64,000 nucleotides of DNA from positions 230,284 through 294,283 of the forward strand of contig CALVTO010000002.1 of assembly GCA_944362705.1 (NCBI GenBank), in the 5' to 3' direction. The notes under the pieces are model-generated. The model saw only the letters and a list, made by a program, of their open reading frames with translations, was not told where the DNA came from and made no database searches. The position numbers were made by a program, and so were the translations under genes. The stretch comes from an uncultured Clostridia bacterium. GTDB lineage: Bacteria; Bacillota; Clostridia; Christensenellales; UBA1242. This document shows positions 40,968 to 50,455 of the stretch, piece after piece. The first letter of the stretch is position 1. Each line of letters starts with the position of its first letter.

Positions 40968-42509
40968 TTATAATAAAGGGCTAATTAAATTTAAAAGTTT
41001 TTCCCACACTTTTCTTAATAGTGGTCGTTTTTTCCACGTACGAATATCCACTTCTTGTGATTGCGCAATGGCTTTTTCAAAATCTTCACGCATGGCAATA
41101 ATGTTTTCATCATTCACCATAAAATCAGCACATTCAAAGTGTAACAATAAGCTTCTATAATCTAAATTTATCGTTCCAACCAAACCATACATATCATCGC
41201 AAATCACATTTTTTGCGTGATTAAACCCTGGTGTATATTCATAAATTTTTACGCCTGCTTTTAACAGAATTCCATAGTTAGATTGCGTCATTTTGAACAC
41301 CATTTTTTTATCAGGTATATGTGGCACCAACACTTTTACATCTACGCCCGATTTAGCCGCTGTAGCAATTTTATTTAAAAATTCATTATCTATAATTAAA
41401 TATGGTGTAGAAATATACAAATATTTTTTTGCACGCCCCGCTAAAGCTTCTATAAGCTTATACGCTGGGTTTTCAGGGTTCATAGGCCCGTCGCCAAACG
41501 GCATGTGGTAAGCCGTTTGCTTGTGATTTTCCCCCATTGTTTCTTGTGTAAACGCAGTATGAGGCAACCATTCTTTGGTGCTCATAAACCAACTTTGTTT
41601 AAATAGTAAAGAAAATGAACGAACAGCATCTCCTTCAAAACGCATAGCATTATCTCGCCAATACCCATACTTTTGTTTTAAATGCACATACTCATCGGCT
41701 AAATTATCTCCACCCGTGTACGCAATCTTTTCGTCAATTACTGCAACTTTTCTATGGTCACGAAAATTAAAAGATAAATTTAAGTTTACACCCAAAGGAT
41801 TATACGGCACCATTTGCACGTTAGGTATTTTGTTGATTCGTTTTATCGTTTTTCTTTTTAAGCACGCCTTACTTCCTATGGCGTCGTAAATTATTTTAAT
41901 TTCCACGCCTTGCGAAGCCTTTTCTTGTATACATGCGATTAGTTTTTCCAACAACACACCATCGCTTACAATAAAATATTCTAAATAAATGCTATGCTTT
42001 GCTGCGTGTATATCGTTCAATAATTGTTCAGTTTTAGATGCGGCGTCGTCAAAAAATGTGGTTTTTGTATTTGTATAAACCGGCATTTGTGTTCCGTAGT
42101 GCAATAAAGAACACAACCTATAAGCATCTTCATTTTTTTGTTGCAATTCTTGCAAGCACGAGGTTTTTTCTACATTTTGTTGAAAATGTGCATACACCTT
42201 TTTTGCCTTCTTTTTAGGCAAACTTTTACCATTAGCAAACAGTATGTAAAACATAGTAGCAAAAAACGGCATAACATAAATAAATACAATCCAACTTAAT
42301 TTATACGATGCATTTTGTTGCATATTATAAATGTAAACTACACATATAAATGCTAAAAGTTCCATAAAAAACAAAACTAGCGGATATTTTTTTATGCCAA
42401 AAAACAGCAAATAATAAATAAATAACTGTAACGCAATACATATAATAGATATAACTATTTGAAAAATTTTTTTAATGGCCGACGTCTGCCTTCTTTCATT
42501 CGTTTTCAT
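40968..42509 (-). CDS. cls: Cardiolipin synthase
   Basis: Two HKD motifs (DHRKVAVID, NHAKNVICD), GTINLDYRS, N-terminal TMs. Confidence 0.93.
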   Translation of the reverse strand: MKTNERRQTSAIKKIFQIVISIICIALQLFIYYLLFFGIKKYPLVLFFMELLAFICVVYIYNMQQNASYKLSWIVFIYVMPFFATMFYILFANGKSLPKKKAKKVYAHFQQNVEKTSCLQELQQKNEDAYRLCSLLHYGTQMPVYTNTKTTFFDDAASKTEQLLNDIHAAKHSIYLEYFIVSDGVLLEKLIACIQEKASQGVEIKIIYDAIGSKACLKRKTIKRINKIPNVQMVPYNPLGVNLNLSFNFRDHRKVAVIDEKIAYTGGDNLADEYVHLKQKYGYWRDNAMRFEGDAVRSFSLLFKQSWFMSTKEWLPHTAFTQETMGENHKQTAYHMPFGDGPMNPENPAYKLIEALAGRAKKYLYISTPYLIIDNEFLNKIATAAKSGVDVKVLVPHIPDKKMVFKMTQSNYGILLKAGVKIYEYTPGFNHAKNVICDDMYGLVGTINLDYRSLLLHFECADFMVNDENIIAMREDFEKAIAQSQEVDIRTWKKRPLLRKVWEKLLNLISPLL

Positions 42510-42602
42510 ACGCGCTCCTAAATGTATTTACTTCATGATATAACTTTTTAAAATTGTTTCAAAATCATTTGCGCTAAAATCAACAAATGGTATAATAAAC
42601 TT

Positions 42603-43406
42603 ATGAAAACATATAAAGAACTTGTAGAAAATGCCCCTATTTTAGAGTTTGATACCGACAACGCTTCACAGGCAAAAGAATATTTTTTTAAGCAGGGCAA
42701 AAAAAATTTTGAAGATTTTAACAAGGTTATGGAATTAGGCATAGATAAATGCATTATTTTCTTTCCTAGAAGTTTTAACGATTGCAAAGCAATTTATAAT
42801 AAATGCGTAAAAATTCATGAATTTAAATCAGCAAGTTCTATTTCTCCCATTTATTTATATAATAACGAGTTGGTAATTGCCTTATGCCCTTTGGGCGGTC
42901 CGGCAGCTGCCAACCTAGTAGAAGAATTAAGTTTTGTTGGATTGCGCAAGTTCATTGCTGTGGGTTCTTGTGGGTGTTTAACAAATAGCATTTCTTTAAC
43001 ATCATTATTTATACCAGAAAAAGCTATACGTGATGAAGGGTTAAGCTACCATTATATGCCAGCAAGCCGAACGGTAGATATTGACGCGCACATGCAGATG
43101 TTGCTAGAAAAAGCGTGCAAAAAACATGCTATATCATATACAAAAGGCATTGTGTGGACGATTGATGCCATTTACCGCGAAACACCTAACCGCACAGAAC
43201 GAAGAAAAAAAGAAGGTGCAGTTGCTGTAGAAATGGAATGTGCTAGTTTAGCGGCCGTTGCAAAATACAACCACCTTCAATTTGCTGAACTTTTGTATTT
43301 TACGGATATCGTAGGTGCAACAAAATGGGAATGGCGCAGGTATAACAAAGTGACTTTGCGTACCAAGCTGTTAGAAATTTGTATTGATGCTTTACGAAAA
43401 GCTTAA
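42603..43406 (+). CDS. Nucleoside phosphorylase (PNP/UDP family)
   Basis: GSCG, RDEGLSYHY, WTIDAIYRET, VEMECA. Confidence 0.9.
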   Translation: MKTYKELVENAPILEFDTDNASQAKEYFFKQGKKNFEDFNKVMELGIDKCIIFFPRSFNDCKAIYNKCVKIHEFKSASSISPIYLYNNELVIALCPLGGPAAANLVEELSFVGLRKFIAVGSCGCLTNSISLTSLFIPEKAIRDEGLSYHYMPASRTVDIDAHMQMLLEKACKKHAISYTKGIVWTIDAIYRETPNRTERRKKEGAVAVEMECASLAAVAKYNHLQFAELLYFTDIVGATKWEWRRYNKVTLRTKLLEICIDALRKA

Positions 43407-43432
43407 AGCAAACGAAACGTATAACTAAAACA

Positions 43433-43465
43433 AAAAAAGCAAACGCGAAAACCGTTTGCTTTTTT
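43433..43465. terminator. Bidirectional terminator
   Basis: AAAAAAGCAAACG...CGTTTGCTTTTTT. Confidence 0.75.
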
Positions 43466-43592
43466 ATTTGCATTTTTCATTCAATATAAAAAATAATTAA
43501 AAAATAATTATTTTATTTTTTATTTTTTAAAAAACTGCAAAAATAATTATAAAAAACGCAAAAATTTGCAAAAATTTGCAATTTATGCACAA

Positions 43593-43952
43593 TTATTTTA
43601 TTATTTTCATTTTTCCAATTACGGGTAATTCCTGCATTTTACCTTGCGCTGCCGTTATCATTCCATAAAGCATAGCACTTACAATAACCACCGACCAAAT
43701 GCACCCTAAAACTGTGCCCACCATTTGAACATCAAGCAACGTGAATATTTGTTCAAAAATAGCAATAATCATAGCACCAACAACCGAAACGATACACAAA
43801 ACCAACGATTGATTTGCATGAAATTTTGCAAACTTTGCTTGCTTTAATGCAACCAACGGCAAGAAAAACAATATCCATATATACGATATAGCACACACTG
43901 CCTTATCTTTGTCTGTAAGATTAGAAATTTTCTTTTGTTTTTCTATTTGCAT
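43593..43952 (-). CDS. DUF4870-like small membrane protein
   Basis: AISYIWILFFLP, FAKFHANQSLVL, ELPVIG. Confidence 0.8.
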   Translation of the reverse strand: MQIEKQKKISNLTDKDKAVCAISYIWILFFLPLVALKQAKFAKFHANQSLVLCIVSVVGAMIIAIFEQIFTLLDVQMVGTVLGCIWSVVIVSAMLYGMITAAQGKMQELPVIGKMKIIK

Positions 43953-44025
43953 CTTACCACCTGTTTGATTTTTGTAACTTTGAACACCGTGTTTCATATG
44001 TTTACACCTTTTGCGTTTATTTAGC

Positions 44026-44832
44026 TTATTTGTTTCGTTTGTTTTCTGGCACATCTTTTTCTTGACTTTGTTTTATTGCCAAAATTCGCTTTTCGCGTTC
44101 GGCGTCTACTTTGGCTTTATGTGCGTCCCAATCAACAAACGTGCATTGCAAAATTTGTTGCCAATCTGTTTTTAAAATATCTTCTTTTAATTCAATTTTT
44201 GCATTTTTATACACATATATACCATCAAGTTCTATTAAAAATATTCTTTCAAATGTTTTTCCATATTGTTGTTGCAATTCTTCTAACATTTTTATATTTT
44301 GTTCTGCATACGCTTGGCCTCTAGGGCGCTTCCATGCTGTTACGCATAAATTAACATGCTGACAACCATTATAATTACCTTGCAAAAGTTTTTCTATTTT
44401 CTTTTGCACACGCTTTTTAAATATAGAAGTTTCTAATTCTGTAATTTTTTTACCTTGCAAAACGTCTTTATGTAAATCACCTTTCTTTTTCGCAAACGCA
44501 ACATAATCTTGGTATTGTTTATATTTTTCTTCACCAATAAGTGTTTTTAACCACAGTTTTGCAGGAATATCAAACGCTTGCGCGTTAGCTAGCATACGCA
44601 AAATTTGTTTTTGTTTTTCTGTATAGTTATTTTCTAAATAATATTCTAAAAAACTTTTCTTGCGCTGATCAACATACAGTTCAGCATTTACAACCTCTAT
44701 ACCTACATCATGATTTTTTGTGTAAATATCAGGCAATAATAACGCATAATTATCGCCTACTTCTAAAGAGTGACGACCATATACGAAATATTCTAATACA
44801 TTTTTAACCAACAACTCATCTTCTCTTACCAC
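44026..44832 (-). CDS. Orphan protein, PD-(D/E)XK nuclease-like
   Basis: AAGGAG SD with GTG start; E...LPDIY....VGIEVV motif. Confidence 0.55.
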   Translation of the reverse strand: MVREDELLVKNVLEYFVYGRHSLEVGDNYALLLPDIYTKNHDVGIEVVNAELYVDQRKKSFLEYYLENNYTEKQKQILRMLANAQAFDIPAKLWLKTLIGEEKYKQYQDYVAFAKKKGDLHKDVLQGKKITELETSIFKKRVQKKIEKLLQGNYNGCQHVNLCVTAWKRPRGQAYAEQNIKMLEELQQQYGKTFERIFLIELDGIYVYKNAKIELKEDILKTDWQQILQCTFVDWDAHKAKVDAEREKRILAIKQSQEKDVPENKRNK

Positions 44833-44913
44833 AAGTATCTCCTTGCTGTGCGCGTTTATACACGGCGCGCAAATTTATTTTTTGCACGTGTTTTATGTTT
44901 TTATATATATTTT

Positions 44914-46269
44914 TTATTTTTGATTTTTTACCAGCACAGCAACCGTTTCTACGTGCCCCGTTTGCGGAAACATATCGTATGGTTGTACAAATTGTAATGT
45001 ATATTTTTGTTTTGCACTTTTAAAAAACTCTTGTATGTCTCTGGCTAGTGTTTGCGGATTGCAAGACACATACACAATTTTTTCTGGCGCAAAAGAAGCA
45101 ACGGTTTGCATAACCTTTAGCTCGCAACCTTTTCGTGGTGGGTCTAAAATAATGGCACACTCTTGCGCGTTTACTTTTTTAACAAGCTTTGGCAAAACTT
45201 CTACCACATCGCCACAAATATTCTGCACGTTTGTTAGCCCGTTACTCTCTGCAAGCGCGTTCGCATTTTGCACGGCTTGCGGAATAATTTCTATGCCATA
45301 TGCTTGTTTGACGCGTTTTGCGCACATACTGGTTAATAGCCCTGCGCCCGCATAAGCATCGATGACCGACATGTAAGCTTGCACTTGTTGTAACACTTTT
45401 TGATAAATACAATTACGAATACTTTCGTTAATTTGCATAAAACTTCCGCTACTAATAGGGAACGTTATGCCAAACGCTTCGCCACATAATTGTTCTTTAC
45501 CAGCAATTTGCACAAAACCTGTTTGATTGAGTATAACGTTGGTTTTTTGCATATTTATGTTTATGCTTAAGCCTACTTCTTCAAACTCTTGTTTTAGTGC
45601 AGTATATAAAGCTTGTATTTGCGGAACAAAACTTCCATTTACAACCACACAAACTAAAACGCCGTTACCCACAACACGCACAACTAAATATCTTAGTAGC
45701 CCCCAATGCGTAGCTTCTGTGTAAACGGTTAAGTTGGCTTGGTTTGCCCATGTACAAAATATTTCCATAACCTTATGTATGGCTGGGTGTTGCAAAACAC
45801 ACCTTTCTATAGGAACAACAACGTGCGTACCTGCGCGATACATACCCATGACAACAGACCCCTGCACCATGGCAATGGGAAACGCTGCTTTATTACGGTA
45901 TTCATAAATTGACTCACTGGGCACCGTTGGCAATACAGAAATAGACTGTTTTGCTATGGTATCAAACGCTTTTTGCACTTCTGCACGTTTATATTGTAGT
46001 GTATGTTCATATTTAATATGTTGCAACGTACAACCGCCACATTGATGATAATACATACATTTTGGTTGCTGGCGTATGGCACTTTTTTTCAAGATTTGTA
46101 ATGTTTTACCAACACAAAAACTTTTTGCCACATAAATAATAACCACTTCATGTATTTCACCAATTATGGCGTATGGTACAAAAATAACCTGACCTTGCAC
46201 TTTGCCCACACCCTGACCATTCATGCCAAAATCTTCAATTTCTACTTGTACAATATCATTTTTCTTCAT
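44914..46269 (-). CDS. rlmD: 23S rRNA (U1939-C5)-methyltransferase
   Basis: TRAM domain, CxxxxxCGGC, YRNK, SFMQIN, LDPPRKG, YVSCNP, DMFPQTGHVE. Confidence 0.95.
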   Translation of the reverse strand: MKKNDIVQVEIEDFGMNGQGVGKVQGQVIFVPYAIIGEIHEVVIIYVAKSFCVGKTLQILKKSAIRQQPKCMYYHQCGGCTLQHIKYEHTLQYKRAEVQKAFDTIAKQSISVLPTVPSESIYEYRNKAAFPIAMVQGSVVMGMYRAGTHVVVPIERCVLQHPAIHKVMEIFCTWANQANLTVYTEATHWGLLRYLVVRVVGNGVLVCVVVNGSFVPQIQALYTALKQEFEEVGLSININMQKTNVILNQTGFVQIAGKEQLCGEAFGITFPISSGSFMQINESIRNCIYQKVLQQVQAYMSVIDAYAGAGLLTSMCAKRVKQAYGIEIIPQAVQNANALAESNGLTNVQNICGDVVEVLPKLVKKVNAQECAIILDPPRKGCELKVMQTVASFAPEKIVYVSCNPQTLARDIQEFFKSAKQKYTLQFVQPYDMFPQTGHVETVAVLVKNQK

Positions 46270-46367
46270 ACGGGCAGTATAGCACACATTTTTATGTTTG
46301 ACTATTGTTTTTTTTCATACACCAAAGTTTAAAATTTTTCATACACTACCACATAGGAGGAACTTTT

Positions 46368-46976
46368 ATGATTGCAAAAACCGCATATATTTCGCCACAA
46401 ACCACTTTAGGGGAACATTGCAATATTGGCGAATATGTTTGTTTGTTAGGCACGTGCATCATTGGAAATAATGTAACCATTGAACCTTTTAGCATTATTC
46501 GCGATAGCGTGATTGGCGATAATAGCACAATTACATCTTCCGATATTACGTCTGCCAACATTGGCGCACACAACACGGTTGGCCCTTATGCAAGAATTCG
46601 ACCACACACCATAACGAAAGACCATGTAAAAATTGGTAATTTTGTAGAAATTAAAAACAGCACTCTTGCTAGCGGGGTTAAAGTGAGTCACCTGGCTTAT
46701 GTAGGCGACGCTACGATAGGCAAAAACACCAATATTGGGTGTGGCGTTATTTTTGCCAATTACAACGGAAAAGAAAAACACAAAACCGTGGTTGGTGACC
46801 ACTGCTTTATTGGAAGCAACGCCAATATTATTGCACCTGTTACGCTTGCTAACCATACGTATATTTGCGCCGGCACTACGGTAACCGACAATAGTAAAGA
46901 ACACGATTTTGTTATTGGTAGAAGTCGCGCTACAACAAAACCAAACTATGCACAAAAATACTGGGAGGAAACGTAA
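46368..46976 (+). CDS. GlmU C-terminal acetyltransferase domain only
   Basis: Hexapeptide repeats, GPYARIRP, IGNFVEIK, HLAYVGDA, NYNG; no N-terminal uridyltransferase. Confidence 0.88.
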   Translation: MIAKTAYISPQTTLGEHCNIGEYVCLLGTCIIGNNVTIEPFSIIRDSVIGDNSTITSSDITSANIGAHNTVGPYARIRPHTITKDHVKIGNFVEIKNSTLASGVKVSHLAYVGDATIGKNTNIGCGVIFANYNGKEKHKTVVGDHCFIGSNANIIAPVTLANHTYICAGTTVTDNSKEHDFVIGRSRATTKPNYAQKYWEET

Positions 46977-48280
46977 TGGGTATATTTTTTGGAACAGATG
47001 GCATTCGAGGCGTTATGAATGAAGATTTAACTTGCGAGCTTGCAACCACTTGCGGCAATGCGCTCGCGCGTATGAAACCGCGTGGAACCATACTTGTTGG
47101 CAGAGATACACGTTTAAGTGGTAGTTGTTTAACTTCTGCCCTTGCCGTAGGCGCAATGAAGGCAGGTGCTAACATAATTGATGTAGGCATTATTCCCACT
47201 GCAGGCATTGCTTATTTAACAAAAAAGTATAAGGCTTCTTGGGGTGTGGTTATAAGCGCTTCCCACAATCCGGCACAATGTAACGGTATTAAAGTTTTCG
47301 ATAGTGAAGGCAAAAAGATCACCGAAGACGTGGAAAACGCTATTGAAAAACACTTTGCTTCATCGCAAGTGGTATCGGCCGCAGACATAGGTTCGTTTAT
47401 TTACAAACCTTCTTTAAGCAAAGAATATACACAATCTTTGGTGTATGCTATTTCGCACAAACTAGAAGGCATGCGTATTGTGCTAGATGCAAGTAACGGT
47501 GCCAGTTACAAAATAGCGCCATACATTTTTCGCACATTAGGGGCTACCGTGTATACCACCAGTTGTAAAAATAACGGCGCAAAAATTAACGATAATTGTG
47601 GTGCTTTATATATAGACGCTTTGCGCAAACAGGTTTTAGTGCACCATGCAGATTTAGGTTTTGCGTACGATGGCGACGCCGACCGACTACAAATTATTGG
47701 CCCCGACGGCTCGCTTTACGACGGCGACCATATTGTGTATATGCTTACGTGTATGTACATACAAAAACGTTGGCTTAAAACGCGCACGGTGGTGGGCACA
47801 AGCCAAACAAACTCAGCTTTTGTGCAAGCATTAAGAAAAAAACACGTATCTTTTTTACGTACCGATGTAGGAGATAAATACGTAATGGAAGCCTTGGACC
47901 AACACCATTTGCAAATTGGCGGAGAACAATCGGGGCACGTTATACTTTCAGATTTTGCAACCACCGGCGATGGTATACTTGCGAGTTTATTTGTTGCAAG
48001 TTTCGTCAAAACAAGTAGAAAATCGTTAAAAGAATTACTTGCGTTTTCTTTGTTTCCACAAGCGCATAGAAATATACTAGTACAAGACAAGTTACGCGTA
48101 GTAAATAACGAAATGTTAGCGCAACGCATAGAACAATTTCATAAGCAAATTCCACAAGGCAGAATTTTAGTGCGCGCGAGTGGTACCGAACCTAAAGTGC
48201 GCATTATGGTAGAGTGCAAAGACCAAACCACCGCCGAAAACATTGCCGACGCCTTGGCTTTGTGCGTAAAACAATTATAA
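46976..48280 (+). CDS. glmM: Phosphoglucosamine mutase
   Basis: FGTDGIRG, ISASHNP, DGDADR, GGEQSGH, RASGTEP. Confidence 0.95.
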   Translation: MGIFFGTDGIRGVMNEDLTCELATTCGNALARMKPRGTILVGRDTRLSGSCLTSALAVGAMKAGANIIDVGIIPTAGIAYLTKKYKASWGVVISASHNPAQCNGIKVFDSEGKKITEDVENAIEKHFASSQVVSAADIGSFIYKPSLSKEYTQSLVYAISHKLEGMRIVLDASNGASYKIAPYIFRTLGATVYTTSCKNNGAKINDNCGALYIDALRKQVLVHHADLGFAYDGDADRLQIIGPDGSLYDGDHIVYMLTCMYIQKRWLKTRTVVGTSQTNSAFVQALRKKHVSFLRTDVGDKYVMEALDQHHLQIGGEQSGHVILSDFATTGDGILASLFVASFVKTSRKSLKELLAFSLFPQAHRNILVQDKLRVVNNEMLAQRIEQFHKQIPQGRILVRASGTEPKVRIMVECKDQTTAENIADALALCVKQL

Positions 48281-48330
48281 GCGTTTGACATTTATACACG
48301 CCTTGTATAAGATAAACAAAGGAGAACGAT

Positions 48331-48798
48331 ATGAAAAAGTATAAAGTTTGTTTATATATTACAGGCTGTATAGAACTTGTTCTTGGCTTATTTTTACTTA
48401 TTTCTTCTGTTTACACCATGGTGATTTCCGCCTCTATTCCTACGATTATAGAAGATTTAACACAAAACACATCAGCAAATGCTGAGGCGCTAGCAACCAT
48501 AACGCAACGCATTTACTTTATTTCAAGTATACTTTCTATGCTGGTAAGTTTTACCTATATTTTATTGGGCGCACTTACTATTTTTGATACAAAAAATACA
48601 CAAAACTCGTTGCAAGTGAACAGAATTTTTGGTGCTTCTATTTTTGAATATATTATGTTTGTTGTGTATTTCATTAGCGGTGTAAACTATGCAAATGTAA
48701 TTACGTTATTATTTGCTATACTTAGTGCCGTTACAGCCATTATAAAAACCAGCATTTTGCATGCTTATAAAAAAGAAACACTTAAACAAACTTCGTAA
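48331..48798 (+). CDS. Hypothetical four-TM membrane protein
   Basis: AAGGAG SD, promoter-like TTGACA upstream, hydrophobic segments. Confidence 0.7.
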   Translation: MKKYKVCLYITGCIELVLGLFLLISSVYTMVISASIPTIIEDLTQNTSANAEALATITQRIYFISSILSMLVSFTYILLGALTIFDTKNTQNSLQVNRIFGASIFEYIMFVVYFISGVNYANVITLLFAILSAVTAIIKTSILHAYKKETLKQTS

Positions 48799-48908
48799 CA
48801 ATAACAAACCCACGAAAAATTTCGTGGGCTTTTCTTTGTTTAAAAACTTTATATAATAACAATTTATAAACAACCTAAGTTGTTTCTTTTTGCATACATA
48901 TTTATGTA

Positions 48909-49394
48909 TTAAATGCTCTTTCCGTAAAATAAAACCAAGTCTCCATCTTCTACAAAACTTGTTATAAATTCTGTATAACCAAAATGCAAATATATGCCTA
49001 GGTTTCGACTTTCTTTTGCTTCGCTTCCTATGGTTAAGTAAGAAATACCCTTTTGTTTTGCATATTGCTCAGCCATTTTTACTAATTTTGAAATATGCCC
49101 TTGACCTTCATAAGGTTTTTCTATTCTAAACGCATTCATATTTGCTCGTTTTTTTCCATCGCAAAGCATTGGTCTGTTTTTTACAGCAGAACATTCTGGA
49201 GAAAATAAAACCGTTATTTGCCCAATAGGATTCTCTCCATTTAAAACTACAAATGTAGTGGCTTTGCCTGTTTGATTATATTCTATATATTGCTTTTTCC
49301 AGCGAATCCAGCATTCCGATTGACCATTTTCTTTAATGTCTTTATTCCAAATATTTTCTAAATCTTCTAGCTTGGCCTGCCTATATACAAACAT
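48909..49394 (-). CDS. GNAT family N-acetyltransferase
   Basis: Start MFVYRQA (GGAGG SD); YEGQGHIS motif A, N..IYLHFGY. Confidence 0.85.
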   Translation of the reverse strand: MFVYRQAKLEDLENIWNKDIKENGQSECWIRWKKQYIEYNQTGKATTFVVLNGENPIGQITVLFSPECSAVKNRPMLCDGKKRANMNAFRIEKPYEGQGHISKLVKMAEQYAKQKGISYLTIGSEAKESRNLGIYLHFGYTEFITSFVEDGDLVLFYGKSI

Positions 49395-49426
49395 ACTCTC
49401 CCTCCTGCCTTCTTTTGCAAGTACTA

Positions 49427-49480
49427 CGCGTCTGCCATTCCGCAACCTTGGCGTGTTGTATTGCGCTTAGTATAGCAAAC
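49427..49480 (-). repeat. Copy of tRNA-Leu promoter -10 region and 5' end (matches 50308-50361)
   Basis: 54 bp with 2 mismatches, offset 881 bp. Confidence 0.92.
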
Positions 49481-49505
49481 GCGTTGCCTTTTTTTTGTAA
49501 TTTTT

Positions 49506-50222
49506 TTATTTATTTAAATAAGAAATCTCTTCGTTTTGAATATTTCTTATTTCCCTATTTTTAGTAAATGCCGCTGCTGGCTTGCTTCCTATGATAGAAA
49601 TTTTGTCATCATGTACAAAAATGCTTGTTTCTTCCGGAATACAAATAAGTTTATACCCTTCTTTTAAAAGTCTTTTAACTCTTTTTTCTGTTAACGTATT
49701 TTGCTCGGCTAGTTTTTGGTAGTGCGGAAGGATAGAAAACCCATGCAAACAATTAAACCCTGTTGTATCTTTTAAACCTACTACATTGACATCGCAAATA
49801 TGTTTTAATTGCGAGCCATCGTCTAAACAGGTATCTATGGATTTCCCAAAAATTAAAGCCCCTGCACTACCGCCCATAATTACGCTGTTTGGTTGTGCCA
49901 TATAATCTTTTAAGTTGCCGTATGCCTGACTCTCTTTTAACATTTTTAATAACTTATAAGTGTTTCCACCGCCAATAAATACGCCTTGCACACTTTTTAA
50001 TTTTTCTTTTGTAATTTGTTCGGGCAATGTTACCATTTCAATATGGTGTATACCATAGGGTTGTAGTTCACCTGAAAGCCATTTTAAACAACCCGCGTAT
50101 GTTTCATCTTTCCATGCAAAAGGAATGTATAAAACTTTTCCGCCATTTACTAATTTTGCAAAAAGTTGCAAACTTTCTTTAATTTGTGCACCACTTCCAC
50201 CACCATTTAAAATAAGTTTCAC
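49506..50222 (-). CDS. Peptidase E / S51 family (class I GATase-like)
   Basis: IGGGNT, GGSAGA nucleophile elbow, ILPHY. Confidence 0.85.
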   Translation of the reverse strand: MKLILNGGGSGAQIKESLQLFAKLVNGGKVLYIPFAWKDETYAGCLKWLSGELQPYGIHHIEMVTLPEQITKEKLKSVQGVFIGGGNTYKLLKMLKESQAYGNLKDYMAQPNSVIMGGSAGALIFGKSIDTCLDDGSQLKHICDVNVVGLKDTTGFNCLHGFSILPHYQKLAEQNTLTEKRVKRLLKEGYKLICIPEETSIFVHDDKISIIGSKPAAAFTKNREIRNIQNEEISYLNK

Positions 50223-50247
50223 AGCGTTTCTCCCTTATCATTCAACT

Positions 50248-50333
50248 TGGTGCCGAGGATGGGATTTGAACCCACATGAAGTTTCCCCCACTAGTACCTG
50301 AAACTAGCGCGTCTGCCATTCCGCCACCTCGGC
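50248..50333 (-). tRNA. tRNA-Leu(CAG)
   Basis: GCCGAGGTGGCGGAATGG, CTAGT-TTCAGGT-ACTAG arm, long variable arm, CCA end. Confidence 0.95.
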
Positions 50334-50455
50334 GTGTTGTATTGCGCTTAGTATAGCAAACAGCCGCCTTTTTTGCAAGCCAAAGCACAGAAAAACGCAT
50401 GTTTGTTTGACAGATTTTTCTTAAACAGATACAATAAGAAAAAAGGGTGATGTTT

